DNA of 47,804 nucleotides. Origin: an uncultured bacterium. GTDB taxonomy: Bacteria > Lernaellota > Lernaellaia > Lernaellales > Lernaellaceae. Positions within the stretch are counted from its first letter, which is position 1; each line of letters begins with the position of its first letter. Below are positions 1 to 9,079 of this stretch, piece by piece. The stretch lies in assembly GCA_964534375.1 (NCBI GenBank), contig CAZHPN010000022.1:1-47804 (forward strand), in the 5' to 3' direction. A model generated the notes under the pieces. The model was not told where the DNA came from, did no database searches, and saw nothing but the letters and a program-made list of their open reading frames with translations. Position numbers and translations under genes: made by a program.

Positions 1-894
1 GATGACGCCGCGTCGCCGGCTTGGTCCGCGCTGGCTAGCGGCGTCAGCAGCCCGTTGTCCGCCGGTTGGGGCAGCGCCTCCTCCGATGTGTTTGCGGTCG
101 GACAAAATCTGGCGACCAACACGGGAATGATCGTGCATTTCGACGGCTCGTCGTGGTCGGCGACGACGAACGGGTCCACGAGTTGGCTGTTCGGCGTTTG
201 GGGCAGTTCCGCCGCGGACGTGTTCGCGGTGGGGCCGGCCGGGGCCGGGGCGGGGGGCGCGGTGATTCACTTCGACGGCGCCGCATGGTCGGCGATGGCG
301 AGCGGGGCGACGGCGGCGTTGTACGGCGTCTGGGGCAGTTCGGCGTCGGACGTGTTCGCAGTCGGCGATGATATTTTGCACTACGACGGCTCGTCGTGGT
401 CGGCGATGACGAGCGCGGCGGGGGCGGCGTTGACCGGCGTTTGGGGCAGCTCGCCTTCGGATGTGTTCGCCGTCGGGCAAAACGATGACGGCCAGACGGG
501 CGTGATTCTGAGCTACGACGGCTCCGCGTGGTCGACCATGGCGACCGGGACGGCGCCCGGGCTGAACGGCGTCTGGGGAAGCTCGGCGTCGGATGTGTTC
601 GCCGTCGGAAGCGGCGGCGCCGTCCTGCACTACGATGGTTCCGCGTGGTCGACGATGGCGAGCGGGACGTCGGCGGTATTGTACGGCGTTTGGGGAAACT
701 CCGCCTCGGCCGTGTTCGCCGTCGGATACGCGTCGACCGGGATCGGCGCGAGCGTGGTATTGCTCTACGAGGGCTCGTCATGGTCGGCGATGACGACCGG
801 TGCAACGGTGCAGTTGAACGGCGTTTGGGGAAGCTCGTTTTCGGATGTGTTCGCCGTGGGCCTGGAAGGCGCGATCCTGCACTACGGCGGTTAG
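1..894 (+). CDS. Beta-propeller repeat protein (WGSSASDVFAVG...HYDGSxW repeats), 5'-truncated by window edge
   Basis: Frame 1 is open from base 1 to TAG at 892-894. About seven ~40-45 aa repeats of L.GVWGSS.SDVFAVG..G.ILHYDG..W. Confidence 0.85.
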   Translation, partial: DDAASPAWSALASGVSSPLSAGWGSASSDVFAVGQNLATNTGMIVHFDGSSWSATTNGSTSWLFGVWGSSAADVFAVGPAGAGAGGAVIHFDGAAWSAMASGATAALYGVWGSSASDVFAVGDDILHYDGSSWSAMTSAAGAALTGVWGSSPSDVFAVGQNDDGQTGVILSYDGSAWSTMATGTAPGLNGVWGSSASDVFAVGSGGAVLHYDGSAWSTMASGTSAVLYGVWGNSASAVFAVGYASTGIGASVVLLYEGSSWSAMTTGATVQLNGVWGSSFSDVFAVGLEGAILHYGG

Positions 895-920
895 CCGAGG
901 CTCCAAAAGCGAGCCACTGC

Positions 921-987
921 AGAATGGAGAATGTAGAATGAAGAATTGGCGGCGCCGCCCGAATTTCTCCATTCTCCATTCAACATT
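921..987. repeat. Inverted heptamer-array hairpin: (AGAATGN)n / (CCATTCT)n
   Basis: AGAATGG AGAATGT AGAATGA AGAATT at 921-947, GC palindrome GGCGGCGCCGCC in the middle, AATTTCT CCATTCT CCATTCA ACATT at 962-987. Confidence 0.75.
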
Positions 988-1091
988 ACCGTTTTCGCTC
1001 CGCGAACGGCGAATGATCGCGGCTGGCCCGCGTTGCCGGGATTCTCTATAATCACCTCGCAAGGCTCCGGTGGGGCGGCCGTTTTCAGGCG

Positions 1092-2945
1092 GTGTTCGGG
1101 ATGATTTTACGGGGAATCGCGTTCGCGCTGGCGCTGGGCCTGCTCTTGCCCCTGCCGTTGCTGGCCGCTCCGGCCATCAACGTCATTTCCATGGGCGACA
1201 GTTGGGCCGATCAGTGGTGCGACGCGATGACGACCGTAATCGATTCGTACGGGGTCGAGGCGAACGTCTGGGATATGGGCGTCGGCGGCACAACGACCGG
1301 CGATTGGGCGGCGGCGGGCGAATTGGATTCCATTCAAACGGTGCTCGGCGAGTACCCACAAATCGATTGGATCATTATCAGCCTCGGCCTCAACGACCTG
1401 CTCGACCTGTATTTAGTCGGCGGCGACGGCGATACGTTGTTCCCCATTGTTAACCAGAACCTGCGGACGATCATCGACGAATTGCTGGCGATGGGCCCGG
1501 CTCTGAAGATCTCGGTGAACGGCTACGATTTCCTGAACTTTGTCCATTCCAGCAGCTGCGTTACGGACGGCCAACTCTGGCTCGGCGGCGACACGAACAC
1601 GCAGGACAACCTCGTGGCGCGTTTGACCGATATCGCCCAAGGCCTTGCCGCCGACTATCCGCAAGTGACCGCGGTGAACCTCCTGGGCACGTTGCAGGCG
1701 GCCGGCGGCGTGCCGGACGCGCCCGATTATTACCTGCCGTCGCCGGCGCAATATTTCGCGGAGGAAACCGATTGCATTCACCCCGACGGCCCCGGCGGCT
1801 ATCAGGCGCTCATGGAGCGCGTTTACGAAGGCTGGTTCGTCCCGGCGAACGACGACGACGACAATGACGACAACGACGACGACAACGACACGGCCGCGCT
1901 GACGTGGGTTCCGGTCTCGGGCGGCTCGTTCACGATGGGTTGCTCGCCCGGCGACACGAACTGCCAGACCGACGAGAACCCGCCGCACAGCGTCACGCTC
2001 TCTCCGTTCCTGATCACGATGACCAATATCACGCAGGGCCAGTACGCCAGCGCCATGGGCGCCAACCCCAGTTGGTTCGCCGGTTGCGGCCCCGCGTGCC
2101 CAGTGGAGACGGTGTCGTGGGCGGACGCCCTGGCCTTTTGTCAGGCGGCCGGCGGCCGGTTGCCGACGGAGGCCGAATGGGAATACGCAGCGCGCGCCGG
2201 CACGACGACGATCTACTACTGCGGCGACGATCCGTCGTGCCTGCCGGCCATCGCCTGGTATCTTGCCGACTCCGGCCGGATAACGCACCCGGCGTGCGGG
2301 CTGAGCCCGAACAACTGGGCCCTCTGCGACATGTTGGGCGACGTCAACGAATGGGTGAACGATTGGTATGACCCCGACTATTACGCGACTTCCCCTGCCG
2401 ACGACCCGCCAGGACCGAGCGGCAGCGCCGAAGACAGCCGTGTCGTGCGCGGCGGCAGTTGGACGGATGTCGCGACCACCCTGCGCGTTTCCGCCCGCGG
2501 CTGGGTCGATCCGAACACGCAGGTCGACTGCATCGGCTTCCGTTGCGCCAAGGACGCGACGAATGACGACGACAACGATGACATCGACGACGATGACAAT
2601 GATGACGACAACGACGACAACGACGACAACGACGACAACGACGACAACGATGACAACGATGACAACGATGACAACGATGACAACGATGACAACGACGACG
2701 ATGATGACAATGATGACGACAACGACGACAACGACGCGGCTGACGACGATGCCGGGGATGACGACGCCTCGCCCGACGACGATGAATCGCCGGATGACGA
2801 CGTTTCGCCCGACGACGATGAATCGCCGGATGACGATGTTTCGCCCGATGACGATTCTTCGCCCGACGACGACAAATCGCCCGAGAACTCGCCCGAAACG
2901 CGCAGGGAAGGCAGCAACAGCAGCGGCGACGGTTGCGGTTGCTGA
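1092..2945 (+). CDS. Secreted SGNH/GDSL-like hydrolase fused to FGE-sulfatase (SUMF1) domain, Asp-rich tail, C-terminal GCGC
   Basis: Signal peptide. SGNH blocks GDSW, GLND and DCIHP. FGE-sulfatase motifs FTMG, RLPTEAEWEYAARAG, DMLGDVNEW, RVVRGGSW and GFRC. Confidence 0.85.
   Translation: MFGMILRGIAFALALGLLLPLPLLAAPAINVISMGDSWADQWCDAMTTVIDSYGVEANVWDMGVGGTTTGDWAAAGELDSIQTVLGEYPQIDWIIISLGLNDLLDLYLVGGDGDTLFPIVNQNLRTIIDELLAMGPALKISVNGYDFLNFVHSSSCVTDGQLWLGGDTNTQDNLVARLTDIAQGLAADYPQVTAVNLLGTLQAAGGVPDAPDYYLPSPAQYFAEETDCIHPDGPGGYQALMERVYEGWFVPANDDDDNDDNDDDNDTAALTWVPVSGGSFTMGCSPGDTNCQTDENPPHSVTLSPFLITMTNITQGQYASAMGANPSWFAGCGPACPVETVSWADALAFCQAAGGRLPTEAEWEYAARAGTTTIYYCGDDPSCLPAIAWYLADSGRITHPACGLSPNNWALCDMLGDVNEWVNDWYDPDYYATSPADDPPGPSGSAEDSRVVRGGSWTDVATTLRVSARGWVDPNTQVDCIGFRCAKDATNDDDNDDIDDDDNDDDNDDNDDNDDNDDNDDNDDNDDNDDNDDNDDDDDNDDDNDDNDAADDDAGDDDASPDDDESPDDDVSPDDDESPDDDVSPDDDSSPDDDKSPENSPETRREGSNSSGDGCGC
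2563..2880 (+). repeat. Coding tandem repeats: (GACAACGAY)n encoding DND, then 18-bp SPDDD(E/V) units
   Basis: 9-bp and 18-bp periodic repeats are directly visible inside the CDS. Confidence 0.9.
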
Positions 2946-3096
2946 TTCGAATCCACGCTGCACGTTTCCGGGGCGGCAAGCGGCCGCTCCGGAAACGCCT
3001 TCATAGGGAGCCGCGAGTCAGATTCTGCGGAGTGAACGACTCGCCTTACGGGCCAATACCCGGACCACAGTTCAGATTCTTTTGATATTTGATCGG

Positions 3097-4782
3097 TCAA
3101 CGATGAAGAATCGCACGAATCCGAGAAGCGTCGATTCGAAATATTCCTTTTCTCTCCGAAACGTAGAGCGCGTCGTTATCGCTAACGAAAACACCGCGCA
3201 GCAGCGGAAGAACGGCGTCCATCAACGGCACACGGCCCGCCGCCTGCCGTGGGCGAACGGCGGTCAATACCCGCTTGGCGTTCAAGTCGAGAACGGTGAC
3301 GGTCCCCCCCATGTAGTTGCCGACGTAGACAAGCCCGTGCCGCAGGTCGATTTTCACTTCGCGCGGTTGAAAACCGACGTGAATTCGAGCGACGGGCCGC
3401 AAGTGCAGATCCAACACGAGAATCTCGTTGGCAAGTGGACGGGCGATCCAGATCTCGCCCGTCTCCTCATTGACGTGCGCGTCAAAGTTTATCCAGCCGA
3501 TCCAACGGCTTTCGATAATTTCGTAGGAACGGACGTCCAGCGCTCGCAGCAAACCCGGGAATATGTCCGGCGTGACGTACAAGCGACCCCGCCGATCATC
3601 GATGGCCCCGCCGTAAAACATCCACCAGTCTCCGATGGTTTCGAGTCGCAAGGTGTCAACGTCGATAACTTGTATCCGACCGACCTCCGGAATTTCAAAT
3701 AGTTTTCGCGCCGCGGCCGAAATCACGGGAAAGAGGGGGAGTTGCTGAGCGGCCGTGGGCACCTGCCATTGCCGGCCCGACTGCAGCGCCAAGACGCACT
3801 GCTGCTCTCCCGCCCGGCTACCCCTGTTGCTGATGAAGATCTTTTTTGATTGCAAATCGTACGCCATCCGTTGCGGTTCAAACGTCTGCGCAATTTCCTC
3901 CCACTTCTCACCAACGAGTTTTTTTGCCGGCGAGTGAGCAAAAGTCGCATACGTTTCGCCGTCCGGCGAAACCAGCACGTCGTACGCCGCGTCGCGGCTC
4001 ATTTGATCCGCCGCCACCTCGCGCGCCGCCTGAAATTGCGTGAGTTCGAGAAAACCCAAAAGGAATCCGGCGAAAACGGTCAGCGGAGCCCAGATGTGGC
4101 GGGCCCAACGTCGTGAAACTCCCCATCCGCTCAGATAAAGCCCCAAACCGGAAAGGCCCAACAAGGCGGCCGTTAACGGCCGCATGGCGGCCAACGCCCA
4201 CCACACGCCCGCCGCAAGAAAAACAAACGCCAAAAAATTGACTTTGCCGAAGAAGAATAGTCCTTGGACGGCCCATTTGCGCAACAGAGACTTGGTGGCA
4301 ACAAATCCGAATGGGCGATCGATGATGTTTCGCTTCAGGAACAGCGCCGTATGAATCAGCCACAAGGCCGACCAGAACTGAAAAAGGCGGTACGGGGGCC
4401 CGGGCATTAGAAAAAACACCGTCAAAAGCCCGGCGTTGAAAAGTCCTTCCAACAAGAAATCTTTCATCCAGAGGATGCAGTTCTCCCCGCGGAACAAAAT
4501 CTCCAGAAACGACAGCGGCGGCGCAAGGCACATCACGAGGGAAAAGATGCCCAGCGGGTCCAGCCGGCGAGACCGCTCCGCGTGGCCCGGATGCAGATTT
4601 TGCGGCGTCAGCCGAACAGACAGCGCCCGCGATTGTCCGTCGCACTCGTCGGCGGATACGAGCGCGAAACCTGCGTGAAAACAGGCTGACGACATCCGGC
4701 CGGCGTTCACAGCGGGGTGAATTCGTGAAAGAACCCGGGGGGATGACTCAAACGGCGCGGCGCGGCGGCGGAACACGCTCAT
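3097..4782 (-). CDS. Membrane protein with C-terminal YncE/YVTN-like beta-propeller
   Basis: Several hydrophobic helices, then propeller-type strands (IHVGFQPREVKID, VYVGNYMGGTVTVLD). ATGA overlap with the upstream GT2 gene. Start uncertain. Confidence 0.65.
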   Translation of the reverse strand: MSVFRRRAAPFESSPRVLSRIHPAVNAGRMSSACFHAGFALVSADECDGQSRALSVRLTPQNLHPGHAERSRRLDPLGIFSLVMCLAPPLSFLEILFRGENCILWMKDFLLEGLFNAGLLTVFFLMPGPPYRLFQFWSALWLIHTALFLKRNIIDRPFGFVATKSLLRKWAVQGLFFFGKVNFLAFVFLAAGVWWALAAMRPLTAALLGLSGLGLYLSGWGVSRRWARHIWAPLTVFAGFLLGFLELTQFQAAREVAADQMSRDAAYDVLVSPDGETYATFAHSPAKKLVGEKWEEIAQTFEPQRMAYDLQSKKIFISNRGSRAGEQQCVLALQSGRQWQVPTAAQQLPLFPVISAAARKLFEIPEVGRIQVIDVDTLRLETIGDWWMFYGGAIDDRRGRLYVTPDIFPGLLRALDVRSYEIIESRWIGWINFDAHVNEETGEIWIARPLANEILVLDLHLRPVARIHVGFQPREVKIDLRHGLVYVGNYMGGTVTVLDLNAKRVLTAVRPRQAAGRVPLMDAVLPLLRGVFVSDNDALYVSERKGIFRIDASRIRAILHR

Positions 4783-5795
4783 TTCGGATCATGCCGATTG
4801 GGGACATAAAGCCGGTGCCCGCCGAGGAAGGAAAAGATGCCGCCCAGACCGAAGGATACCAGGAAGGCCCACATGGTCGCCGCCGCCCCGATGGCGTGAC
4901 GCGAGCGGCCGTGGCGTTGTTCCGCCAAGAAAATCGCGAATTGCACGAATTGAAGCGCCAACAGGAGATCCGGACGTCTCATCACGAGTCCGAGGATTGC
5001 GTCGACAACCACGAGAGTTGACGGCATGTAGACCCAAAATCTCCCGGCGCGCCGGAAGCGCCTGTAATCGGCGAGACGCAGACCTTCGTTGAATTGCTGG
5101 AGGCAAAACCGCAAGAGATCCCTTCGATGGTGGAAAACCACAATGCGGGCGTCGTACACGATTCGGTAGCCGGCTTTCAACACGCGGTCGCAGAACTCGA
5201 CATCCTCCGCCGTGCGCAGCGAGCCGTCGAACCCGCCAAGCTGCGACAGCAAATCCCGCCTCACGAGCATGTTGCACGTGGTGGCGTTGGGATAATTATC
5301 GAGTTGCTGCACGAGGCGGTCCGAGAACCGGTACGCGCCGCGGCCCATCACCAATTTGCTTGCAATGGCCAGCCCGGGAAGCTGCCGCCAATACCCATCT
5401 TCCGGAGGCGTAAGATTGGGGCCCGTAACGGCCGCCACATCGGCGGCCTCCCGAGCGAGTCGCGCCACGGCAAGGGACAGCCAATTCGGCGTCGCGTACG
5501 CATCGGAGTCGATGAAGGCGACGAACGGACAGTCACGCGGAACCGCCTCAATGCCGCGATTGCGCTTTTGCGCGATGGTTCCGACGCAGGGCGTCTGCAC
5601 CCCCCATTCCGTGTATTCCGCGACGAAGCGGTCGGGCACGAGGATCAGGCTCAGGAATCGTGCGTCCATCCGAAGCAACGACTCAAGGCACTGATCCACG
5701 TAGTGCGTCCGAGTTTTGAACACCACGACGACGGCGGCGCGCAACAAGGCGCGGCCGTCCGTTTCGGAAGTGGCGCGGCTCGGGTCGGCCGTCAC
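4779..5795 (-). CDS. Glycosyltransferase family 2
   Basis: KRNRG, FVAFIDSD (DxD), GGFD...AEDVEF motifs and C-terminal TM helices. Confidence 0.88.
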   Translation of the reverse strand: MTADPSRATSETDGRALLRAAVVVVFKTRTHYVDQCLESLLRMDARFLSLILVPDRFVAEYTEWGVQTPCVGTIAQKRNRGIEAVPRDCPFVAFIDSDAYATPNWLSLAVARLAREAADVAAVTGPNLTPPEDGYWRQLPGLAIASKLVMGRGAYRFSDRLVQQLDNYPNATTCNMLVRRDLLSQLGGFDGSLRTAEDVEFCDRVLKAGYRIVYDARIVVFHHRRDLLRFCLQQFNEGLRLADYRRFRRAGRFWVYMPSTLVVVDAILGLVMRRPDLLLALQFVQFAIFLAEQRHGRSRHAIGAAATMWAFLVSFGLGGIFSFLGGHRLYVPNRHDPK

Positions 5796-7249
5796 GACAG
5801 GCGCTCCGCGCCGTCCGCCCGCTTTCTTGAAATCCGGCGGTGGAAATCATCGACGATTAAACGGATCAAGAACTTTAGCCCGAGGTACGCAATCTCGAAA
5901 TCCTCGCGATACCGCAAGTGGCGCAACCGTCGCGCGACAAATCGCAGATTCAGGCAGCACCGCAGATACGCCCAACGGCGGACCGACTCTAGCTCCTCGC
6001 GGGTCATCGTCGCCGGAACGAAGACGATCGAATGCATATTGTAGTGCTCAATGTCCGGGTCCAACGCTCCAAATTCCGGGGCGATCTCGGCCAGCCGCGT
6101 TCCGGGAAAGGGCGTCAAGGGAAAGAACTCGGAGTAGTGGCTGTTCAATTCTCTGGCAAAGCGGCCGGTTTGTTTCGCCTCGTCGACGGTCTCGCCCGGA
6201 ATGCCGAGAATGAACAACGACATGGTGAGAATGCCCGCGGCGTGCGTCATGGCCACCGCGCGTCGCGCCATGTCGACGGTGTTGCCCTTGCAAAGAAAAT
6301 CGAGGTTCTTTTGAACGCCCGATTCGATGCCGAAGAAAATCTGAGAGCAGCCCGCGCGCTTCATTTTCTTGAGGATGTCCTCGTCGACCGAATCGACGCG
6401 CGCCGCCGCCATCCAGAGGAGGCGCAGCCGTTTCTCCAGGAACAGCTCGCAGAACCGCTCCACTCGCTCTCGCCGGAAGGTGAAGTGCTCATCATAGAAC
6501 GTGATTTGCCGGACGGCGTAATCGCGCGCGTACGACGCAATTTCCTCCATGCAGGCATCCGGCTGTCGGTAGCGAATCGTGTGACCCAGGAGTTGGGAAC
6601 AAAAGAGGCAGTGAAACGGACATCCTCGCGACGTGACGACGGGCACGGCGGGCAGCGTGCGGTAGGCGCCAACGTGGGGCCGATACCGCCGGACATCGAC
6701 GAGATCGTAGGCGGGATAGGCAAGGGAGTCCAAGTCGGCGATCGCGGGTCGAAGATCGTTGTGAGCGCGACCGGCGGCCTCCTCGCGACTGAGAGCGCCG
6801 GCGACTCCGCAGAGGGTCTGACGCCGGGAGAGACGGTCGACCAGCTCCGGCGTCGTGATTTCTCCCTCCTGCATTACGACGACATCGAGCGCCGGGCATT
6901 CGGCAAGACAGCGTTCCCCGAGAACGCTCGGTCCCGGACCGCCGGCGACGAGCGTCACGGACGGGTCGTGGCGGCCCACTTGGGAAAGCAGACGGCTTGC
7001 TTGCGGCCACAGGTTCACGACGCACCCGACGCCGAAGACATCCGGGCGGAAACGGTCCACCTCCGCGAGAATGCGGGCCGAACTCTCAAAGGCGCCATCC
7101 AGGAAACGAACGTCATGGCCGGCCCGCTGGAGCGAGCCGGCGACATACAGCGTGCCGGTCGGCGGTTCGGCGCCGGTGACCGAGTCGAGCATATAGTTTT
7201 CGTGGGTCGCATCCGGCGAGTACGGCGCTGAAGCCAACAAGATCCTCAT
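5792..7249 (-). CDS. B12-binding domain radical SAM protein
   Basis: N-terminal cobalamin-binding region (PPTGTLY, VAGGP, EGE). TSRGCPFHCLFC (CxxxCxxC), GIESG and GIPGET motifs. Confidence 0.9.
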   Translation of the reverse strand: MRILLASAPYSPDATHENYMLDSVTGAEPPTGTLYVAGSLQRAGHDVRFLDGAFESSARILAEVDRFRPDVFGVGCVVNLWPQASRLLSQVGRHDPSVTLVAGGPGPSVLGERCLAECPALDVVVMQEGEITTPELVDRLSRRQTLCGVAGALSREEAAGRAHNDLRPAIADLDSLAYPAYDLVDVRRYRPHVGAYRTLPAVPVVTSRGCPFHCLFCSQLLGHTIRYRQPDACMEEIASYARDYAVRQITFYDEHFTFRRERVERFCELFLEKRLRLLWMAAARVDSVDEDILKKMKRAGCSQIFFGIESGVQKNLDFLCKGNTVDMARRAVAMTHAAGILTMSLFILGIPGETVDEAKQTGRFARELNSHYSEFFPLTPFPGTRLAEIAPEFGALDPDIEHYNMHSIVFVPATMTREELESVRRWAYLRCCLNLRFVARRLRHLRYREDFEIAYLGLKFLIRLIVDDFHRRISRKRADGAERLS

Positions 7250-7416
7250 CCGGCGCTCTATCGGTCCAAACGGGCAACCGCTTGACGATTCGTCAATGCC
7301 GGCCTCGGGAATGAATGCTCCACGAACGACTCGTTTGCGGGGGGCGCCGAAAGCGATCTGGCCCCGATCCTTGGTTCACTTGCCAGAGCGCATTGTCGTG
7401 TCAGAACTTCGCGAAG

Positions 7417-8544
7417 TCAATGAGTTTGCGCGCGGTGGAACAGCCTCCAGCCGATGGCTCGGCGCAATCCTTTCAGCACCAGCAACGGCGAGCGCAGCAG
7501 CGACGAAAACGCCATGCACGGGGTGTAGCAGCGCCGACACGACGAAAGCTCGACCGTTGCCTGGGCCGTTCGGGGATCCGCCAACAGCGCTTTTGCGTTC
7601 CAGCCAAAGTCTGCCAGAGAACCCAGCGCGGTGTTGTGAAAGTAGCAGTATCGCGCAACGCCTTTCGCATCGACGGTCAACACGTCGCGGACCGCCGAGC
7701 AGGGGACAACGCTGCCGCGACTGGAAAAGTGATCGGTCGCCAAGCCGATAAATGAGAGGGGCAACAGGTCGACAATTCGGCGCAAGCGGAATTCTTTGGC
7801 CGCCTCCTTCAGATAGGTCACGTCGTCCGGTCCCGAGCGCACATGGCTGGCCGGCCCGTGACCAATCAGATCGCTGTCGTCCGCCAAGGTATAGACGTGC
7901 GTGTGCGGGCCGTATTGTTGCACGATGAAGCGGTGAATTTCCCGAAGGGCGTGCCGGTTGATAGCCGTCGCTACGGTTTCAAACGACAGGTGAAAGTGCG
8001 GCCATTTCTGTTCCAGCTCGAGCAGGCCGCGAATGGTTCGTTCCAAATTTTCGAAAGCGCCCGGCGTGCCGCGCGCGACGTCGTGCAGAGCCCCAATTCC
8101 GTCGATGGAGACCGAAACCAGCAAATAGGGAACAGGAACGTCCGCAACCGCGCGAACGTTCTTCAGCACGCGCTCCGAATGGAAGCCGTTGGTGTGAAAA
8201 TTGAGCAACGTCAGCTTCGGGCACGAATTCGCGATCCCGCGGATAATTTCCGGAAAATCGTCACGCATGGTCGGTTCGCCGCCGGTAACTGTGACCCAAT
8301 ACAGATCAGAGGAAAGACTTTGCACGATACGGAGAATCTGATCGGAATTAAGTTCGTTCGATCCGTCCGATTCGAGTGTCCAAACGCCGCAGGTTTGACA
8401 GTGGCTGTCGCACCGTTCCGTCACGAAGAAAATCAACTTGTGAGGCGATGTTCGGCGGAACTGCGGCCAAGTCAGCGCCAAATGCGCGAGAAAACGGCAC
8501 AATGCGGGGAATTGCCGGCGGCGTTCCAGTTGTTCGTGACTCAA
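7417..8544 (-). CDS. Radical SAM protein with SPASM/twitch-like C-terminus
   Basis: CDSHCQTC, TGGEP, TNG and SIDG motifs. C-terminal C..C..CxxCxxxC cysteines. Confidence 0.88.
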   Translation of the reverse strand: MSHEQLERRRQFPALCRFLAHLALTWPQFRRTSPHKLIFFVTERCDSHCQTCGVWTLESDGSNELNSDQILRIVQSLSSDLYWVTVTGGEPTMRDDFPEIIRGIANSCPKLTLLNFHTNGFHSERVLKNVRAVADVPVPYLLVSVSIDGIGALHDVARGTPGAFENLERTIRGLLELEQKWPHFHLSFETVATAINRHALREIHRFIVQQYGPHTHVYTLADDSDLIGHGPASHVRSGPDDVTYLKEAAKEFRLRRIVDLLPLSFIGLATDHFSSRGSVVPCSAVRDVLTVDAKGVARYCYFHNTALGSLADFGWNAKALLADPRTAQATVELSSCRRCYTPCMAFSSLLRSPLLVLKGLRRAIGWRLFHRAQTH

Positions 8545-8730
8545 GCGGCCGAACTCCGTCCTTGCCGGTTCCCTTGAAGCGCGACGCCGCCAATATAAAC
8601 TGCGTCGAATCGTTTTTGCAAGTCAAGCGTGGGCGCCGAATTCACAAGAGAAGCAGCATCGAAGTTTGACGATTACCTCTTCAAGAAAACCGAAGAAACA
8701 GGGGCAGAAAAGACGATCAGCGGATAAGTT

Positions 8731-8806
8731 TGGGCGCCAGGTGGGCGCCAAAGCCCCCAAAAAACGAACCCCCAGGGCGAAAACCCTGAGGATTCAAGCA
8801 CTTAGC
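8731..8806. other. att-like flank of tRNA-His: tandem TGGGCGCCA repeats, hairpin and IHF-like box
   Basis: TGGGCGCCA at 8731-8739 and 8742-8750, hairpin CAGGG-CGAAAA-CCCTG, and TTCAAGCACTTA next to the tRNA 3' end. Confidence 0.45.
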
Positions 8807-8809
8807 GAG

Positions 8810-8882
8810 AGGGGTTGAAGGGGATCGAACCCTTGACACTCGGAGCCACAATCCGATGCTCTACCAACTGAGCTACAACCCC
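8810..8882 (-). tRNA. tRNA-His (GTG)
   Basis: Cloverleaf: acceptor GGGGTTG/CAACCCC, D arm GCTCAGTTGGTAGAGC, anticodon arm TCGGA-TTGTGGC-TCCGA, T arm AAGGG-TTCGATC-CCCTT. CCA not encoded. Confidence 0.95.
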
Positions 8883-9079
8883 GCGGCCCATTTCAGGAAC
8901 CGCTAGTTTAGCCGCCGCGATTTGAGTGTCAATCGGCCCCGCCGGCGTTTTCCGGCCGACCCGCGCCGCGGACAAACGCAGGCCGACCGCAACGCTTGTC
9001 GCGGTTGCCGGCGCGGCATACACTGCGCCCCGGCCGCGTCGGGCGGCCGCTTAACCATCTCGGCGAACATCGAATCGCG

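Noticed and set aside
1900..2560. FGE-sulfatase domain as a DGR target
   Set aside because: The domain is internal, and no template repeat or reverse transcriptase is seen in the window.
2563..2880. Periodic repeats as a CRISPR array
   Set aside because: They are 9- and 18-bp in-frame coding repeats with no unique spacers.
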